Origin: Podarcis cretensis
Lineage: Eukaryota
Reading direction: 5' to 3'
DNA length: 64,000 nt
Assembly: GCA_951804945.1 (NCBI GenBank)
Contig: OX638156.1
Coordinates: forward strand, 61,628,001-61,692,000
The notes beneath the pieces are model-generated. The model had not been told where the DNA came from. It ran no database searches and was given only the letters and a program-made list of their open reading frames with translations. A program made the translations under genes and the position numbers. This document shows, piece by piece, positions 58,468 to 64,000 of the stretch. Within the stretch, counting starts at the first letter, position 1. Each line of letters begins with the position of its first letter.

Positions 58468-61400
58468 TCAGCAAACACTGAAAGAACCAGACTTTTAAAA
58501 AATGAAAAGAAAAGGGAAAGACATCTACTTTCTTATTCACAGCATGAACAGCCTAATTGAATTGAAATCTGCTTCCAGAAGTCTGAGCTTTCCGCCGACA
58601 CCGGACAGCTTAAGAGTTCAAGCTTAAGAGTTCAGGCTAATTATTAACATCATTACCATACCAGAGTACTAGATGATGGTTAGATCCTTGTCAGCTCATT
58701 CACACATGTAAGCCATCAAGTCAAGAACATAGAGGGGTGAACTGCACCAGCCGTGCATGCTCAAAATGTCTGACAATCTGCGATTCAGGTTGTGTTGAAA
58801 CTAGCCTGAAAATGTAGTAAGGTTTTGATTGTTTGTGTTTTGCTGGTGAATCTGGGAGGGGCTGACCACCACTGAGTGGACCACAACACAGGGATGTTGC
58901 GTATAAGCCACTTTGCATGCCTCCACCCAGAAGAGGGCAGGATTCAGGATCTAACAAATAGTCAGGTTGTGTTTTCCTGCTCCAACCTTTCCTTTTGGTC
59001 TCTCGCCTACCTCTTTCTTGCATGAGGATGCCATAAAACTAGTTCCAGTCATGTAGCTTAGAATCCGAAGCCAGCCTTGTGAATAGATAACATTTTTTCC
59101 TTTGCCAGTGGGACTTGTGAGTTTTATATTTCCTTTTAAGCAATGCTAGTGATGTGTGAAAATGGAGACAGAATGGGTGGTGATGGGATTCAATGACTCC
59201 AGGTAGCTACAGGCTCCAAGCTTTTTACGTATGAGCCAAGTTATTTTATTTTTTAAAGCCTGTCGTGTGGTGGCTGAGATGGCAGGTGGAGTTCCCACTT
59301 GACAACAATGGAGGTAAGGCAACAGACTGGGAAAATACAACTTAAGGCACAGGGCTTGGAAAGTGGTGAGCAGAAGAACCCTGTTCATGCCCGCACAGCA
59401 CTTTAAGTCACTTCACTTTTAGGAAGTTATTGGACCACAGCTCCCATCATCATCCCTGGCTCTGTTGGCTGGGGCTGATGGGAATTGGAGTCCAACAGCA
59501 TCTGGAGGACCACTGGCTCCCAATTCCTGTGCTATACTACCCACCAACATAGACTAAAGAACTTTTATTGAGCATAAAAAGCACTTCATTTTGTTAATGC
59601 CATAATGCAATAAAGGCACGGCAAGCTCAATTTCTGCATTGAGCCTCAAACCATTATTCCTAGCATAAAAGTGGACCATGTGGAAATAAAGTGAGAACTA
59701 ATGTGACATCATATTTCATGTTCAGACTCGTTATTCAGTTAATGGCCTAATTCATGCTAAGGGTCATTTCTGATACAGAAAGCGGAGAAGGGCAAAACAA
59801 TCTCAGGCTGGGATTTTTGTTGTTTACAAGCTTGGTGGTAGTAAAAATAGCATGAAATCATTAGCTGTTAGAGGGCAGAGGTCTCAGTCCCAGGAAGCCC
59901 TTAATTCACATGGATATCATGCTTAACCTGGCACCTCTATTATATTGTTCCAAGAAAGAAAGAAAAAGCTGGGTTCTGTGAGGATCAAAGCAAAGCTCCC
60001 CCCCCCCCACTCCAAAAGCCAAATTGGGGATTTTATGTTTGAAAACAGAGCTAATCAGTGCTTGCATTTAAAAATTAAACTGTCGTTCATCTTCAGGTTC
60101 TGGGACTGATTAGCTGAAGGGTTGGAAGAAGGTAATTAAAAATTGAGGTTTCTTAAAAATGGCAGCTGCAAAGTCAACCCAATTTTGACATTCTGTGTGT
60201 TGTAAAATGTGACTGAAATCTGAAAAGCCAAGGTGCTGGGAAAAACACACACATGTGAATGTACATGGAGATATTTTATCTCAAGTCAGACCCCTTTGGT
60301 GCGGTAAGGTCAGTTGATCTATGCTGACTGGCAGTGGGTCTTCAAGTCTTTTCCAGTCCCACCTGAAGATGCCAGTGATTAAGCGTGGGACCATCTGCAT
60401 GGAAAGTAGATGCTCTAACACTGAGTTGCACCTCCTCCCTCAAAGCAAAATGTTAAATGTGCTACCTCCTTTGCATCATCCTTCATCCCTCTGGCGGCAG
60501 TTCCGTGGGGATATGAGTCGGCCACACCTTCAAAGGAGGAAGGAACTGCTCAGATATTACAGAGGGTGCTACCTACCTATCCATATGATTCCTCTCCTCA
60601 ATATTTGATTTGGCTTGTCTTAGAATTAGGGGCCCATAGGGTGTGATAGGCACCAGGCAGCAGTTGGGGGTTAAACTGGGATTTCAGTACCTTGGTCAGC
60701 ACCAAGCAGTAAACCTGGCGTTCAATAGAGGCCTTTTGAAATCCTTCTTGAGTCAGGTTGTCCCTCCTATGCCCTACACCCTTTCCAAAGAGCAGAGAGT
60801 CTTAAAGGTAAGGTCTTCGAGCCTGGACCCATCTTCTTCATCACCTTCTAGTCAGCTCCTTCCTTGTGCATTGTTCACCCTGGTGAGTTGGGACTGGGAA
60901 GAATGATGCCCCTATTATAAAGGGGACTTAGTAGCTTGGTGGAATCTGGCTATGGGGATGCTGCCTCTGGGGGTCTCAGTTCAGAGGCCTCTGACCAGCT
61001 CACTTTTGAGGTCTGGCCTGACCCTGAATTAAGAACCATCACAGCTTGAATTATTGGTTTTCCCAACCCATCCTTTTCTTCTTGGTGTGTTTCATTATTG
61101 ACTCAGTAAAATGAGTAGCTGCATCCTATATGTCTTTGCTGGAAATTGTGAAAACATATCCATTTTTTAAAAAAACTATTTATACTTTCATATTTTTTCT
61201 GTAGTTTTGTCTGTAGTTATTAAAACCCAAGGCAGGGGGCGGGGGCGGGGCGGGGAAAAAGTTGGTTAAATTCATATGCTACCTAATTGCCAAGGTTACT
61301 TCTTAAGCTGTTTACAAGTGTACAACCAATTACAAAAAATATCCCCACAATTAAAATGAACAATAAAAGAATTTCATCAAAGCATTAAAGAAATCTCTGC

Positions 61401-63110
61401 AATTAAAACGTACAGTAAAACGAGCCCATTAAAACAGCACAGTGAATCGCAGAGGAAGCAGTAGGGATGTCAAATAATCCCATCAGAAACAAAATGGAAC
61501 TAAAATATCCACAATTTGCATGTTCCCCTGAGGTGAGAAACAGAAATCACACACACACACTGAACTGTATTCACTGTTGGGTTATTGTTGTTTTGGTCTG
61601 CTGGTGTTACATAAATGTGTTATTTTCTGCATTTTTTTTGACATTTCCCTTCCATCAAAGTTAATTATGTGATTAATAACATAATTATTTGTGTTAGTTT
61701 CAGCTGTAGCAGACAGCAAGATGAACAACATAGGTTTTAGTAGAAGCCACAGCCCTGATCATGACAAACACAGGACAGAATGGAAATCATTTCCTCCTTA
61801 CATCCCTAGTGAGGAATGTTCAAACTCTGGAAAAGTCCCCCTTCTGGGTCACTGCCCTACAGCAATATGTAGTTTCGTGACTTTTTCTCATCACAGAGTT
61901 GCACTGATGGGAGAATATACAGTCTGCTCTTTTCCCTTCTGCTTAATTCTGCAAATTTAGAAAAGTATTTCCCTTGCATTCCATTAATCATGCTGAGTAC
62001 AAAAAACAGAGGGAATTCTACCTTGTTTTATTCAATATTTGCAATGCAATATTTCCTCTCAAACCCATTTTTTTTCCAAAATTTAACTCTCATGTTCGGT
62101 TCTCTTACCCAATAGGCTTAGAAAAGATGATCTATTTACTCTGCAGAGAGGCACATAAACATCCCTCCCAGGTAAATTAGATTTAAAGTGTAGGTCTGCA
62201 AAAGAGCTTTGATCCATTAACAAATAAATCACCTGGTTTATGAATCCTTTACAGAGCTGACACAAGTTATTTACTGAATTATCATGATATACAGATGGTA
62301 TTTCACTGGTAGTCATAGCTACCTGGACAGGTCAAATATATTTCAATACAGAAGTACAGTGCAAATCGCAAAATTTATTTTAGCGGAGGATCTAGGAGTC
62401 CTAGAGTATTTGTAGGTATATAGCTTTTTTTTAACTGAAAAAATAACAAAACTCATAAAACAATGTGTTACAATCCTAAACACATTTACTAGGGTGCAAG
62501 AGCTATTTAACCCAGTAAGATTTACACACTGGGTTGTATCTAAATAAGATACTTGGAACAGACACCTTGAAATTAATGGCTCTAGTTAATAATGGTGATT
62601 CTTTTAAATGGGAAAACTCTGAACTGGTCTAGCTTTAACTACAGCCCATTGGTTGCACTGACAGAGATGGTTCAGGTGCAACAGAAAGCCATGGTTTAGC
62701 ACCACAACCATCAATTGCCCCAAATTGGAAAAATCTTACAAGGCTTGGACTTTCAGCCTAATTGAAGGAAAGCTACTCTACTAGACAGACATCACCCAAC
62801 AGTGTGGAGTAGGCAAATAGAAGACCCAGATCCAATAAGGGTCTCCCCTCCCAAATTCTTTTGTAGCCCCTAGAAAATGGACGACTAGCCTGTAGGCCCA
62901 CACTGCAAAAGGGGCAGGAGGGTGGATGCTGAATAATAAAGGGGGGGGAGTATGGGGCAGAGCAGGCTTAAATTGCTTGTCATCACCTCTCCCCATTGGG
63001 TGGAATTGCCTGCAGGTAATAACATTTTCCCCTAGGGAGATACCACCTCTCCTTTTCTTCCAGGGTAAAATGGGTATAGCAAATTTGCACACACACACCC
63101 AATCAAGGAA

Positions 63111-63455
63111 GAGACGTGGGTGATGCTGCGGGTTAAACCACAGAGCCTAGGACTTGCTGATCAGAAGGTTGGTGGTTCGAATCCCCGCGACGGGGTGAGC
63201 TCCCGTTGCTCGGTCCCAGCTCCTGCCCACCTAGCAGTTCGAAAGCACATCAAAGTGCAAATAGATAAATAGGTACTGCTCCGGTGGGAAGGTAAAGGCC
63301 ATTTCCGTGCACTGCTCTGGTTTGCCAGAAACGGCTTAGTCATGCTGGCCACATGACCCAGAAGCTGTACGCCGGCTCCCTGGGCCAATAAAGCGAGATG
63401 AGCGCTGCTACCTTAGAGTTGGCCACAGCTGGACCTAATGATCAGGGGTCCCTTT
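63111..63455 (+). mobile_element. Sauria SINE, full length
   Basis: Family sequence; 14-bp TSD ACCCAATCAAGGAA (63097-63110, 63456-63469). Confidence 0.93.
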
Positions 63456-63504
63456 ACCCAATCAAGGAATGTCATTAGCATTAGCTGAAAAAAATTCATT
63501 CATT

Positions 63505-63770
63505 ATATGTTGCCAAGGCTGAAGAGATGTGTCTTCAGCATCCTCCTGAAGCTGTATAATGAAGGTGCCAGTTGCATCTCTGTGAGGATGCCACAGGAGC
63601 TGCCACAGATGTCCTCTCCTGGGTTCCCACCCTGCTGAGCTTCTGAGAGTGGAGGGACTGCTAAGAGGCCCCCATCTGCTGATTTTAGCACTTGAGAAGG
63701 TCTGTGGGGAATGAGGCTGTCTTTCAGATATTTGGGGTGTGAGTCATTTAGGGCTTTAAACAGTAATAAT
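63505..63770 (-). mobile_element. L2 LINE 3' fragment
   Basis: LFKALN..PKYLKDSL...APSLYSFRRMLKTHLF. Confidence 0.7.
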
Positions 63771-64000
63771 GCAATCACATATTTTAGCCGGCCACTGTGC
63801 CTTATTTTAATTTGGAAGCCCAAATGAATCTGACGTGCAGTGGTTTTTTTTTCTTTTAAAGAACACGTTAATACAATGCATCCCTGACCTTGCTAACACT
63901 GTGTTGTACCATGTTTTCGCTCAAGACTTTCGTGTCACAGTAGCTTATTTCAGCCAGCGTGGAATATCTGGCGAATTTCCACTTAGCACGATGCTTCAGA

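Noticed and set aside
61234-61255. GC-box / G-quadruplex-like run
   Set aside because: Isolated in AT-rich DNA with no CpG island; not evidence for a promoter.
1-64000. CRISPR arrays, prokaryotic systems, rRNA, known miRNA hairpins
   Set aside because: Eukaryotic sequence; no regularly spaced repeat array, and no miRNA I recognise was seen by eye.

Overview
Repeat-rich vertebrate genomic DNA, almost certainly from a squamate reptile and most likely a lacertid lizard, judging by the Sauria SINEs, Bov-B/RTE 3' ends, Squam3-type SINEs and CR1/L2 relics. I recognise no cellular gene. Nearly all ORF-track entries are spurious or come from transposons. Well-supported structures are: (i) a 2.2-kb Chapaev3-type (CMC) DNA transposon at 43613-45822, with CACTGG termini, a TAA target-site duplication (TSD) and a ~510-codon transposase frame broken by one stop; (ii) two unrelated solo LTRs (18149-18724 and 35638-36463), each carrying an uninterrupted internal ORF with an acidic N-terminus and basic C-terminus, one with an HMGN-like RRSARL motif; (iii) a Penelope-like terminal repeat containing a minimal hammerhead ribozyme motif (24192-24229); (iv) many SINEs, LINE ends and MITEs, several nested and with readable TSDs. 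More tentative is a chain of minus-strand exon-like segments (25833, 13253-13143, 11142-11001, 9764-9722, 4265) lying in repeat-free, conserved-looking sequence, which may belong to an unidentified spliced transcript. There is a 136-N assembly gap at 50502-50637. Family names are from memory of the literature, not database searches.
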